Position numbers and translations under genes: made by a program. Positions 26,351 through 40,925 of a stretch of DNA of 64,000 bases are shown here, in pieces. This stretch comes from Eledone cirrhosa (taxonomy: Eukaryota). Each line of letters starts with the position of its first letter. Position 1 is the stretch's first letter. The notes below the pieces were generated by a model that worked only from the letters and a program-made list of their open reading frames with translations, made no database searches and was not told the DNA's origin. Location: contig OZ024760.1 in assembly GCA_964016885.1 (NCBI GenBank), positions 21,452,001 to 21,516,000 of the forward strand, read 5' to 3'.

Positions 26351-26538
26351 TATAGAGAGAGAGAGAGAAAGACATTTATACATATATTTATATATATAGA
26401 CACTCATACATATATATATATATATATTTATATATAGAATATAAATGTAAAAGATACCGCTGACAATTAGTCTTTTACCTTAATTTATTTATATATCCTG
26501 ATATTTCGAGATAGTATCTCTTCATCTGAGGATAAATG

Positions 26539-26596
<58 letters not shown>

Positions 26597-26722
26597 AATA
26601 GGAACCAGTAAGACCCCGACAGCTGAGCTCAAGCCGTTTCGACGGCTAATTCTGGATTTTAGTCCAGAATTAGCCGTCGAAACGGCTTGAGCTCAGCTGT
26701 CGGGGTCTTACTGGTTCCTATT
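26597..26722. repeat. Perfect 60-bp-arm hairpin heading a dispersed repeat (other copies 18998-19180, 28959-29185, partial 16971-17080)
   Basis: Arms 26597-26656 and 26663-26722 with 6-nt spacer; shared downstream tattacccactctactacc...ggttccttaccac. Confidence 0.85.
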
Positions 26723-26999
26723 ACCCACTCTACTACCTCAAGTATTGAGTACTTTGGTGCGTTATGGTCCACCTGGTTCCTTACCACATTTCCTTCGTTA
26801 TATATATAAATATATATATATATATAAATATATATATTTATATATATATATATATATTTATATATTTATATATATATATTTATATATATTTATATATATA
26901 TTTATTTATATATATATATATATTTATATATATTTATATATATATTTATATATATATATATATATATTTATATGGGCATTACAACTCATTACAACTATT

Positions 27000-27032
<33 letters not shown>

Positions 27033-28705
27033 TATATATATTTATATGTGCATTACAACTCAGCCCTCCCCAACAACGCTAAGAGAGGCTACGTCCTAAA
27101 TGAACTGACACGGATCACTAACAGATGCAGCGACCCGATGGGTGGTCTCACCCATACCACGCAATTCCGTAATCTACTCAGATCTAATGGTTATCCCAAG
27201 CGACTGATTAACGGAATTAGAGACCCCAGACCCAATAGACAGACACCCACTAGAAACTTAAATAAAAGCAGGTGCTTCTTTAAAATCCCCCACCTGAGTG
27301 AATATACCACGAACGCCATCCGCAGGGCCATACGGACGGAGGGACTTGACATACATTTGGCCCACACAGGACCTTCGCTGCGAAGATGCCTCTCCAACAA
27401 ACCCGACGAGTCAGATGGGACGTGTTCCCTCAGCAACTGCCCGATACGGGGGGCAGATTGCCTACGCACCTATGTCGTATATAAGATTCAATGCGATAAA
27501 TGTAACAAGTTTTACATAGGTAGCACCATCCAACCCCTACATGTTCGTATCAAGGAACATATTAACACCAACGCATCTTCCTTCCGTAAACACATCCTTA
27601 AATGCGGAAACCCACAGGGTAGACCCTTGGTCACAGTCCTAGCGACTGAACGCAGCATCAGATCCTTAAGGATAAAGGAAGCACTTGTTATTAAGAACCT
27701 CAGACCCCCACTTAACCACCGGGCTGAGAGAAATGAGCTGACATGGCTAACTTAACCATAGTGACCATTCACAGCCCTTACGGCCTGCTATTTTCACACA
27801 CACGCATGTATATGCATACCCATACGCATACACACACACATCTATATTTATACACGCACACATGTTTTTACAACCTACCACCTTTCACACCCTTTGATTT
27901 CCAGCTTCTACAGCCCACTATCTTTCACACACACACGCACTCACACATATACACACACATGTATACCCATACGCTTACACACACACATCAATATTTATAC
28001 ACGCACACGTTTTTACAACCTACCACCTTTCACACCCTTTGATTTCCAGCTTCTACAGCCCACTATCTTTCACACACACACGCACTCACACATATACACA
28101 CACATGTATACCCATATGCTTACACACACACATCTATATTTATACACGCACACATGTTTTACAACCTACCACCTTTCACACCCTTTGATTTCCAGCTTCT
28201 ACAGCCCACTATCTTTCACACACACACGCACTCACACATATACACACTTACACATATACACACACAGTTACACACACATATATATTTACACACACATATT
28301 TTACGGCTTTCACACGCTAGCGCACCCTCTTGATTTAACCCATTTGGTCAGTAGCTTTTGCCACAGCCTATCACGCGCACGCGCATTCTTTCCCTCGTTT
28401 AAATTTTAAATAATTTTCTCCCCATAACGGCATTCCTGTCTTAACGACATCACAACTTTCTCCGCTTAGCCTGTTCCCCCCCTTTTGGAACTTTCCCCCG
28501 TTGATGGGCGTGAGCCCGAAATATTGGGATTAAATCTCCATTACGGTAACCCTTCTACCTTTGTTTTGTTTTCATCTTTGTCTCTCTCAATTTTCACTTT
28601 CTCCTGTTTCTCCTATCTATCATTCACTTCCTACCTCGAGATTTCCCTCTGCATTGTTGTGGCTTTCTAAACTACGCATTTTATATATTTATATATATAT
28701 ATATT

Positions 28706-28736
<31 letters not shown>

Positions 28737-28753
28737 ATATATGTATATACATT

Positions 28754-28794
28754 TATCCTCAGATGAAGAGATACTATCTCGAAATATCAGGTTA
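28754..28794 (+). ncRNA. Minimal hammerhead motif with variant core CAGATGA (inverted copy at 26494-26534)
   Basis: CCT-CAGATGA-A-GAGATA-C-TATCTC-GAAA-T-ATC-AGG. Confidence 0.65.
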
Positions 28795-29179
28795 TATAAA
28801 TAAATTAAGGTAAAAGACTAATTGTCAGCGGTATCTTTTACATTTATATTCTATATATATACCAGCATTGTTCTGGTCCTTTAACTTCTAATGTCTATAC
28901 CTCACTACACAATGCTTCAAGTAAACTACCAATTCCTTATATATATATATATATATATATAGGAACGCGTAGGACCCCGACGGCTGAGCTCAAGCCGTTT
29001 CGACGGCTAATTCTGGACTTTTTTATTTATTTATTTTTTTTAGTCCTGAATTAGCCGTCGAAATGGCTTGAGCTCAGCCATCGGGGTCCTACTCATTCCT
29101 ATTACCCACTCTACTACCCTAATTATTGATTACTTTGGTGCGTTATGGTCCACCTGGTTCCTTACCACATTTCCTTCGT

Positions 29180-29210
<31 letters not shown>

Positions 29211-29265
29211 TGATTTAAAACTTCGCTATTCACAAGTGTGTTTTAACCTTCATATCATGTCTTCC

Positions 29266-29336
29266 TATTTTATCTGACAAAAACGCAAATGTTATTGCAT
29301 GATAATATTTGTTTTTGAAATGTGCATAATAAAATA
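29266..29336 (+). pseudogene. Decayed hammerhead (core CTGACAA), same family as 17466-17532
   Basis: Stems retained; G8 of the core is mutated. Confidence 0.6.
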
Positions 29337-29366
29337 CATGGAACTCTTTTAACCATCTTTTGATCT

Positions 29367-29397
<31 letters not shown>

Positions 29398-29503
29398 CAG
29401 ATAAATCCCCCAATTAATGGTTGGGTCTAAGCCATATGAAGAACTTAATCTAATCCGTATGTAGATGTCGTGAAGCAATTTCATTGTTTTCACTATTTGT
29501 ATT

Positions 29504-29543
<40 letters not shown>

Positions 29544-29567
29544 CATACATATATATATATATGAATT

Positions 29568-29634
<67 letters not shown>

Positions 29635-29797
29635 TTATATACATACATATATATATATATATTTATATACATACATATATATATATATATTTATATACAT
29701 ATATATATATTTATATATACATACATATATATATATATTTATATATATACATATATATATATTATATACATACATATATATATATATATTTATATAC

Positions 29798-29833
<36 letters not shown>

Positions 29834-30171
29834 ATATGTAGATAAATCTACCAAGAGTTTACGGTAGTGTCCAATCCGTATGAAGAACTCAATGTAATCC
29901 GGATATCATGGAAAGAAGAGATGCAATGAAAAATCACTTTCGGTGAAAGATAAACGGAAAACAGAGTCAAGATAAAATATTAAAAAATAATGAATAAAAC
30001 AATGAAACAGTTCCTTATATTAAACAAAAAAAGTTCATTATCTAACGATCGTTTCTAGGATATATATGTGTTAGAATTGGCATGTATATTTAACAGATCT
30101 ATGTACAAAATTATACAAAATTATACAAACTATCAAAATTAAATATACATACCAACACATATATATGCCGT

Positions 30172-30321
30172 CATTATTTCTGAAGACGGCATATATATGT
30201 GTTGGTATGTATATATAATTTTGATAGTTTGTATAATTTTGTATAATTTTGTACATAGATCTGTTGAATATGCATGCCAATTCTAACACATATATCTCCT
30301 AGAAACGATCGTTAGATAATG
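30172..30321 (+). ncRNA. Type I hammerhead with greatly extended stem II
   Basis: CATTATTT-CTGAAGA-[~115 nt closed by atatatgtgttgg/ctaacacatatat]-GAAAC-GATC-GTT-AGATAATG. Confidence 0.65.
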
Positions 30322-30527
30322 AACTTTTTTTGTTTAATATAAGGAACTGTTTCATTGTTTTATTCATTATTTTTTTAATATTTTATATATATATTTATAT
30401 ATACATACATATATATATATTTATACATATATATATATATAAATATTTATATATTTATACATACATATATACATACTTATATATATATACATACATATAT
30501 ATAATATATATGCATACATACATACAA

Positions 30528-30575
<48 letters not shown>

Positions 30576-30864
30576 GTAATATATTGGTGTCTAATGTTGA
30601 GTTACTTATGGTGTATGTGCGTATATATATTTATATGTGGGTATATATATATATATATATATATAACACATACAGAGTTCAATCTCAACTCCACACCAAC
30701 TGTTGAATCTCAGCTCAAATATATTGTTGAGAATTTAATTTATTTAATCTGGTAAATATCAGAATATTTTGAACCCTTGAGTGAGCCTAGTGGGTCCCTT
30801 CTCTGTCCCACCCCTCTTCCTCCTACACGCCAATACATGACCTATTATCCTCTCTTCTGCAATG

Positions 30865-31058
30865 TTTCTAATGAAAGACTGCCTATGTCATTAACCTTTA
30901 ATTACCACATTTCTAATGAAAGGCACTGTCTATGTCATTAACCCTTTCATTACCATATTTCTAATGAAAGGCACTGTCTATGTCATTAACCCTTTCATTA
31001 CCATATTTCTAATGAAAGGCACTGTCTATGTCATTAACCCTTTCATTACCATACTTCT
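30865..31058. repeat. 48-bp tandem repeat, about 4 copies
   Basis: ttctaatgaaaggcactgtctatgtcattaaccctttcattaccatat units. Confidence 0.85.
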
Positions 31059-33989
31059 AGACATTTATATTTTCCTATCCCGATAAATGGACAGTGGTAT
31101 ATTTACTTAAGGATTCATTTGTTAGTACTGTGAAGGCGCGTGGCTGATTGGTTAGAGAACTGGATTCGCAATCGTGAGGTTGTCAGTTCGATTCCTGGAC
31201 CGGGTGATGCATTATATCCTTGAGCAAGACACTCTATTTCACGTTGCTCCTTCTACCTGGAGTTGCGGTTGATAGATATTATTAGCAATTGGAAAGACCA
31301 ATGGAAACATTGTTTCTTCGGTCAGATTTGACAAAAGTCGATCAAATCCTTGTTAGTACCAGTGAAGACAGTAGCTCACTGATGAGGACATATACAACAG
31401 AAACATGATTGCAGTTGTGTTTTGGAATTGCTGATATAACTGATAACATTAATCATTGTCATATATATTCTTCTTGTTGTATACACACTTGTAGTTAGCG
31501 TTTTTGTTTTTAAATCTTCCATGTTTTTGATATGTTAACACTAACTTAATTTTGTCTTTTCATGCAGATGGCAGCTGTGTATTCAATTCCTAAAAATTAC
31601 TATTTTCTTATGATAAAAAATGTATGTCTTCTTGCCTAGATGATTCATTCATCATTCACTACATCTGTCGAGGGTGTTTTACTGGTGAATTCAGAATAAG
31701 ACTGAAACATGCTAGATATTAGTCATGGATTAATGACTTATTTTTATTTTTAATCTCACATATTTAATCCCAGTTATCTCTTTAATACTTTGATAGAATC
31801 AGCAATGGAAAGATCATGGAAAACATTTTTCTTGGTCTGATTTGGTAAGTTCCACCTGACTCAGTAAGAGAATGAGGTCTGGGATCTTGTCGATTGATTT
31901 GATCGATGATTAAATATTTTAAAACTAACTTAGCTAAACTAACACAAAAATCAGCATCTTGACAAGTTGTCAGTTCAAACCCTGATGAAGGAAGTCCACT
32001 GTGTCCTTAAGAAAGACACTTCATTCTATATTGAACTGTGCTCAAATAATGCATTATGAGGGTGTTAATGTGTGGCTCTTACAATTGTAAAGTTGTGTGT
32101 TCAATTCCTGGAACTACCCTGGGGTCAGTAAAACTACCCAGAGAATCAGTTAAACTTTAGGGCCAGAACTTGACATTTTTATAAAATAAACCCAACACCT
32201 AAAATATGTCAATACAGTACAATTTATTTCTACAAGTTTCATGTTTATTTTATATTTTGTTTACTTATTAATATTTTTACTTGTGAGGGTCAATGGTTTT
32301 ATGAGGTGGTCAATGATGTACAATGTTTGGGGATTCCATCTCTAGACACAAGAAAGCCTAACTTCCTTTTAACAAATACTACAAAGGAATTCAATATAAA
32401 CAAAATTTTAAATCAACAAAGAAAAGAAGTGAGTCCAATAGGCTGATAGTCAATGTCTTATAATTAATTTTCAAAATATTAAAAACAATTTGTAGAAATT
32501 TTGTAAAATAATTAACTCTTTCATTAATAAAGTTTTACATAAAATTAAAGTGATTGATATTGACTCTCAGGTATCAATATGACTACTAACCAAGGAGTTT
32601 AAATCAAATTTTGGGTTGAAATCTGACAATTATATGAAAAGAAAAATATAAGAATAATATTTAAAATCATAATTCAGTGACATACAAATTTCTGATTTTG
32701 TACATGACTGGGAGGGAGTTGATGGTGGGGGAAGGAGTGCAGGGATTTCATAAAGAAGGGTCAAGTATTAAATGAAGAGGCTAGTGGTTTAAAATGTTTT
32801 TGAGATCTCGACTTAAATTTATCTAAAAATCTCCCATAAGTACTTTTATGTTCTAAATGTCGACTTAATATTGATAGTGTTAGTTATACTGTAAAATATA
32901 TAAAAAATTACTGCAATATGATAACAAAAGGGTTAAACCATTATTTGAAATATTACCAATCTATGCTGTAAGGAGTGATGGTAGATAAGGTTAAAATACA
33001 AGGGTCAGCAGATTAAGATACTCTCGTGGCATGAACAAAGAAACAATGCAGTTATTCACAGCTCAAACATCAATCCTTCATAGTCAGCCTATGAACTTTT
33101 CAGCCCACTCTTGCATTTACAATTTCATATTAACATCTAAATTCCTAATTAATGCCAATTAAAGATGTGTTTCATTTGACTTCACCCTTTGAAGTCGCCA
33201 TATTTAATTTAAAAAAAAAAATAGTGTTTGTTTCATTTATCATTTCGTGTTAAGTAAAAAAAAGTGTATCTTTACCTGAATAATAAAGCTTAGTTATGAA
33301 ACTGGTTGACTTACATTTATTTTTTAAATTTATTGTATTTCCTGGCATTAAAAACATTCCATATATGTGACTCTACTATCCCGGCGTTGCTCGGTATTCT
33401 AAATATAAATTGGCATGTTTATTCATCCTTTCTGAAACAGTACGGAATACCTCGACCTGTAGATGGTGTTTACATTTTGTGCTAATAAACAAAATGTGTC
33501 TTAGATTACCAGGGGTTTAACTTAATTGGGTGCTTGAGAGTAAAATGTTTAACACACGAAAGCCAAGACGATAGGGTTAAGTAAAAAGGCATTCGACAAA
33601 TCTTTTTCAGTCAAGAAAATTTGTGAAACACAAGTAATGCATATGCAAAATAAAAAAAAATCGGTTGGGTACTTCTCAATGCAACCAAAATGCTTCAAAA
33701 ATCGGTTTTTCACCTAATGCGGTCCATGGGCCAAAAAATGAAAAAAGTCTTTTTTGCTCAAAACACTTTAAACGACATAATGCACATTTTGAAAAGATCG
33801 CCTGGATTATTGTTCCATTATGCCTCAAAAAAGCCTAAAATATGCAGTTTATCACCTAATGCGGTCCCTAGGGCATGGAAAATTTCAAATCTGTTTTGCT
33901 CAAAACAGTCACACGACCATAAGTATTAAATGGGTGTATATATAATGTATATAATAATAAATATATATATATATTAATAAATATATATA

Positions 33990-34173
33990 ATTGTTTCTAC
34001 TTTAGGCACAAGGCCAGCAATTACCCAGTGCATTACTGGTACTTTATTTTATCGACCCCGTGAGGATGAAAGGCAAAGTCAACCTCGGCGGGATTTGAAC
34101 TCAGATCATAAAGGGACGTAACTATGCTGGAAAGCATGGCGTCCGACCCTCTACCGATACTGCCAATTCACCG
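33990..34173 (-). mobile_element. SINE family B
   Basis: Reverse complement of the 6109 copy. Confidence 0.85.
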
Positions 34174-34321
34174 TATATAATTCGGGCTGATTGTTTACAT
34201 TATAATAAATGTTCAGTAAACCCATACGTACATATATATGTGCGCATGTATGTATGTATATACATACTACTGTATGTCTGTACACTTATATGTATGTAGG
34301 TATACATATATAGATATAATA

Positions 34322-34357
<36 letters not shown>

Positions 34358-34383
34358 GTATATATATATATGTATATATATAC

Positions 34384-34476
<93 letters not shown>

Positions 34477-34496
34477 TATACATATATATACATATG

Positions 34497-34551
<55 letters not shown>

Positions 34552-34572
34552 CTATACATATATATACATATG

Positions 34573-34656
<84 letters not shown>

Positions 34657-34700
34657 CATATATATACATATGTATGTATATATATATATATATATATATA

Positions 34701-36165
34701 TAACTTTGAATAACTTTGAAATGTTTTGGCCAGTATTGGCCCAGGCCATGTCTAACTTAATAGCACCACCTGGCGAAGTCTTTCAATTCAGGATTTGGGC
34801 ACCATGGCCCATTCGAGAAGAGAATTACTGTTTGCGGAGACATATCCGGGTGTGGGTGGTTTGTCCGGGATTACTTGGAGGAATTTGTCCAAAGACTTCT
34901 TGAATTTTGTGTGGTCAGTTTCTGTTTTGACGTGTCCTGGTGTGATGTTGAAGAGAGCAGGGCCGATTGAGGTGAAATAATTGTGCCGTATTGTTGTTAT
35001 GAGTTGCGATTTAGATTTTTGAATGGGACGGATAGCACGGGGCCCAAGCCTTGGGTGTATCTTGAAGGCGATGCCAACATCATTTGGGCAGTGATGATGG
35101 AACATTTTCCACATCATGCAGATAATATAACGCTCACGGCGACGTTGGAGTGAGTAAAGTTTCAGGTTTTCCAATCGACCCCAGTAGTCAAGGTCTGACA
35201 TGCCATCTATCTTTTTCGTGATTGCCCTTTGAGGAGCTTCAAGTTTCATGATACTTTGTTTCGTGTGGGGAGACCACAGCGGACAACAGTATTCGAGGTG
35301 TGGTCGGGCGAAAGTAGAGAAGAGAAGGATAATGGTGCGGGAATCTCTCGACTGGAAGGTTCTGAGGATCCAGGAACACATTCTGCGGGCCATGTCAACT
35401 TTGCTGCTTATATGCGTGGTCCAGCTTATGTTGCTGTCCACGGTTACTCCCAAGTCTCTGATGTTGTTAGATGCCACGAGAGTTTCCCCGGAGGGAAGGG
35501 AGTACGGGAGTTTCAGAGCATCCTCTTTTCCAAAGTGGATCAGTTCGAATTTGTCTTCGTTCAGTAACATGTTGTTCTTTTCTGCCCATTGGGTAACAGC
35601 CAGTAGGTCTGACTGAAGGCTTATCCGGTCATCCACGCCATTGATGACCTTTTGGAGCTTGGAATCATCAGCGAAAATTTTAATGTTGCTGTGTTTGATG
35701 ATGTCAGTGATGTCATTAATATAGATGATGAAGAGAAGTGGGCCCAACACAGTGCCTTGTGGGACTCCACTACTGACTTTGGCTGGGCTTGATTTGACTC
35801 CCTCAACTACAACATGTTGGGTTCTGTTTGACAGGAAGCTCTTGATCCACTGCAGCAGCTTTCCAGTGACACCAATATTGGACAGCTTTCTCAGTAGAAT
35901 GTTATGATCAACCCTGTCAAAGGCCTTGCTGAAATCAAGGTAGATAACATCAGTGTTGGAACCCTCTCCCAAGGCTCTCAAAATGTCATCAAAGTGATGC
36001 AGTAGTTGCGTCAGGCAATCCCTTCCATTACGGAATCCATGCTGGTTGGAGTTCAGCATATTGTTACTCTCAAGGAAGTGGGTCATTCGCGATCTCACCA
36101 CTCGCTCAAATACCTTAATGATATGAGAGGTGAGTGAGATTGGACGGTAATTCACGGCAAGGGAT
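34701..36165 (-). mobile_element. 5'-truncated CR1-group LINE with uninterrupted RT ORF (34788-36155)
   Basis: [51 protein letters not shown]; 3' tandem tail (ttcaaagtta)2. Confidence 0.9.
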
Positions 36166-36217
36166 TACATATATATATATATATATACATATATATACAT
36201 ATGTATGTATATATATG

Positions 36218-36292
<75 letters not shown>

Positions 36293-36299
36293 GTATATG

Positions 36300-36383
<84 letters not shown>

Positions 36384-36391
36384 CACATATA

Positions 36392-36483
<92 letters not shown>

Positions 36484-36491
36484 CACATATA

Positions 36492-36615
<124 letters not shown>

Positions 36616-36756
36616 TACATATATATATATATATATGTATATGTATATGTATATATATATATAATGAAAAATTGAACAGGGACAGAACAGAGAGGCAGTA
36701 CGATAAATGTTTATTAAATTCACGCTCAGGAGAGTGGGGGGTAGGTGGAGGACGAG

Positions 36757-36790
36757 GACGACGTTTCGGGCATAAGCCCTTCTTCAGGTG
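36757..36790 (-). ncRNA. Minimal hammerhead core at the end of an AC-rich PLE-like 3' region (about 36660-37780, -)
   Basis: On -: CTGAAGA-A-GGGC-TTAT-GCCC-GAAAC-GTC; stem I is weak. Confidence 0.55.
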
Positions 36791-37779
36791 AGAGTTCAAA
36801 AGGTGTGTAGGGGAGTGGTGGAGAGACATATAGCGAAAGGAAACGGTGCGAATGAAAAATTAACAAATAAAGACAAAAATATAATAAATAATAAATAAAA
36901 ATAAAGCATGATCAAAATACAAGGAATGAGAACATTTAAAAATAAAGGCATGATCAAAATAAACTGAAATTAAAAGGGGGGTAAAAAGGTGGTGGAAGGG
37001 TGTGGGGTGAGTAGAGGTGGTGGCGGGTGGAGTGGGGAGAGGGAGACGGGGTGTCCGAGCGGGGAGGGCTGAAGGTGGTGTGTGTGGTTAGGTGTGCGTG
37101 TGTGTGTATGTGAAAGTGAGGGTTGGAGGAAGAACGGGGCTGCATGTTCAGGAAGGTGTGTGTGGGGGGTGTTTTTGTGTGTCGGAGGGTCTGTGCGTGT
37201 GTGGATAGGGGGGTGGGGGGAGAGGAATCAGGGGGCTGAGGGTGTAAATATGTGGTGGGAAGCACGTGTGTGTGGTTTAAGCGTGTTGTGAGTGTGGGTG
37301 GCGTGTGGATAAAAAAAATTGTTTTGGGATGTGTGTGTGGGTGAGTTATATAGGTGATGGTGTAAGAGGGTGGTAAGTTACACGGATGTATGGAGATTTT
37401 GGTTGGAAGTCAAAACGCGTGTGGGTAATCCAAGAAGCGGTGGTCGGAAGAGGAGAGATGTGGGGTGCGCGCGCAACAGGAAGTGGTCAGCAGTGGAAGT
37501 GCCGTGGTCAGTTGGTGCTGAGACAGTGGTCAGAAGGGCATAGCAGCAGTCAGCGGAATGGTAGGGAGGCGAGGATGGGTAGGTGTGAGAGTTGGAGCGA
37601 GGAGGGTGTGTGTGTGTGTGTATATTAGTGGGATGAGTGAGTGTGGAGCGGGGAGAGAAGGGGGTGTGGTGTACTGGTGTGTGTGTAGTTTGGTGAGGAG
37701 GTGTTAGTAGACGGTAGGTGGGGAGGGGTGGAATGCAGGTGTGAGTGGGGGTAGAGTTGGTGGTGTACAAGGGTGTGTG

Positions 37780-37811
<32 letters not shown>

Positions 37812-37828
37812 GTATATGTATATATATG

Positions 37829-37867
<39 letters not shown>

Positions 37868-37880
37868 GTATATATATATG

Positions 37881-37913
<33 letters not shown>

Positions 37914-38086
37914 GTATATGTATATATATATGTATATATATATATGTATATATATGTATATGTATATATATATGTATATGTATATATATATATATGTATA
38001 TATATATGTATATATATATATGTATATATATATGTATATATATATATGTATATATATATATATGTATATATATGTATATATATATG

Positions 38087-38117
<31 letters not shown>

Positions 38118-38132
38118 GTATATATATATATG

Positions 38133-38179
<47 letters not shown>

Positions 38180-38302
38180 GTATATATATATGTGTATGTA
38201 TATATATGTGTATATGTATATATGTATGTATGTATATGTATATATGTATATATATATGTATATATATATGTATATATATATATGTATATATATATGTATA
38301 TA

Positions 38303-38341
<39 letters not shown>

Positions 38342-38390
38342 GTATATATATATATGTATATATATATATGTATATATATATATATGTATG

Positions 38391-38439
<49 letters not shown>

Positions 38440-38582
38440 GTATATATATATATATGTATATATATATATGTATATATATATATGTGTATATATATATATA
38501 TGTATATATATATATGTATATATATATATGTATATATATATATGTATATATATATATATGTATATGTATATATATATATATG

Positions 38583-38631
<49 letters not shown>

Positions 38632-38634
38632 GTG

Positions 38635-38665
<31 letters not shown>

Positions 38666-38668
38666 GTG

Positions 38669-38708
<40 letters not shown>

Positions 38709-38902
38709 TGTGTATGTATATATATATATACATATATATATGTGTATATGTATATATATATGTATATATATATATATATATTATTTTTCCTAAATCTTTT
38801 GTTAACTACTTTGCCCATCTTGACGTTATAGTCGCATATATGTTATAGAATGCTGTTAGCTTCTTGCTAAAGCAATCTCTATACCTCTCATTTATATATA
38901 TG

Positions 38903-38955
<53 letters not shown>

Positions 38956-38973
38956 GTATATATCTATATGTAT

Positions 38974-39005
<32 letters not shown>

Positions 39006-39108
39006 GTATATATCTATATGTATATATATATATGTATATATGTATATATATATATATGTATATGTATATATATGTATATATCTATATGTATATATATATA
39101 TGTATATG

Positions 39109-39141
<33 letters not shown>

Positions 39142-39170
39142 GTATATATATATACATGTATATATATATG

Positions 39171-39217
<47 letters not shown>

Positions 39218-39380
39218 GTATATATATATATATGTATATATATGTATATATATATATGTATATATATGTATATATATATATATATGTGTATATATATATA
39301 TATGTATATATGTATATATGTATATGTATATATATATATATGTATATATGTATATATATGTATATATATATATGTATATA

Positions 39381-39413
<33 letters not shown>

Positions 39414-39442
39414 ATGTATATATGTATATATGTATATATGTA

Positions 39443-39491
<49 letters not shown>

Positions 39492-39662
39492 GTATATATG
39501 TATATATATATATATATGTATATATGTATATATATATATATGTATATATGTATATATATATATATGTATATATGTATATATATATATATGTATATATGTA
39601 TATATATATATATGTATATATATATATGTATATGTATATATATATATGTATATATGTATATA

Positions 39663-39723
<61 letters not shown>

Positions 39724-39876
39724 GTATATATGTATATATATATATATATGTATATATATATAGTATACTAGGGAGAGGATCAGGGGTGTATAACACTCCA
39801 CTTATCCAGCAGGCAGTATAAGGTTAGCTCGATGTCTGAGGACAGAGCCGTGATATAATAAAAGATTATTATATTG

Positions 39877-39907
<31 letters not shown>

Positions 39908-39916
39908 GTATATATG

Positions 39917-40005
<89 letters not shown>

Positions 40006-40210
40006 GTATATATGTATATATGTATGTATGTATATATGTATGTATATATATATATGTATATATATATATGTATATGCATATATATATATATGTATATATA
40101 TATATGTATATATATATATATGTGTATGTATATATATATATATGTATATGTATATATATATATATGTATATATGTATATGTATATATATATATGTATATA
40201 TATATGTATA

Positions 40211-40925
40211 TCATCATCATCATCAGGTTTAGCGTCCGTGTTCCACGCTTGCATGAGTTTGGACGGGGCTTTTCCCACTTGAGGCAAGAGTGGTTGTCTT
40301 GCTCGCATAGGACTGTCTGGCGGGTTTTCTACAGTTGGATGCCCTTCCTAACACCAACCACATTTACAGTGTGGGGCTGGGAGGTTTTTACCGTGTTGCC
40401 TACACGGCCACATTACAGCGTGGACTGTCTGGCGGGTTTTCTACAGCTGGATGCCCTTCCTAACACCAACCACATTTACAGTGTGGGGCCGGGAGGTTTT
40501 TACCGTGTTGCCTACACGGCCACATTACAGTGTGGACTGTCTGGCGGATTTTCTACAGCTGGATGCCCTTCCTAACACCAACCACATTTACAGTGTGGGG
40601 CTGGGAGGTTTTTACCGTGTTGCCTACACGGCCACATTTACAGCGTGGACTGTGTGTTTTTTTTGTCGTGACACCTACACGATCTCATTTGTTTCGGCCT
40701 GGATGTTGTGGGACCAACATAACTTTACATAGAGGGGGCGGTGTGGAGGTGGTGGGACGGGGGTGTGTTTTGATAGAGAATCCTACTGACTGTAGTAGGT
40801 TTTTACTTTGTATTTAGGTAAGGCGGGTCTTCTCTATTACTGAGTACCGCCAAAGGTCTCGGTCCAGTGACATTGTCTTTGAGAGGTGTAAGCGTGTGAG
40901 GTCGGAATTTATCAGCTCGTCCCAT
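40211..40925 (-). mobile_element. 3' end of the second RTE family with about 3 copies of the 112-bp unit
   Basis: Reverse complement of 58528-59065 plus tail. Confidence 0.85.

Larger units (their letters stand above)
26430..28860 (+). mobile_element. 5'-truncated Penelope-like element with inverted terminal-repeat copy
   Basis: 27050-27755 encodes RT thumb (NGYP) and GIY-YIG (VVYKIQC..YIGST..RIKEH..IKEAL..PPLN); AC-rich 3' UTR; 26430-26548 is the reverse complement of about 28738-28858 and both carry a hammerhead motif. Confidence 0.88.

Noticed and set aside
24593-26437. Long YIYI/MYIY ORFs here and at 19, 29, 34, 36-41 and 52-55 kb
   Set aside because: Translations of stop-free (TA/TG/CA)n microsatellites; not genes.
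31375-31412. CTGATGAGG...GAAACATG hammerhead-like motif (similar weak case at 14213-14252)
   Set aside because: Stem II does not pair or the core has an insertion; possibly decayed copies but not supportable.
31982-32016. CTGATGA...GAAA as a hammerhead
   Set aside because: Lies in a decayed SINE (gttcaaacc...gtgtcctt..aagacact) and has no stem I or III.
33380-33394. CCCGGCGTTGCTCGG hairpin resembling a Helitron 3' end
   Set aside because: No clear CTRR terminus or other end identified; too short to call.
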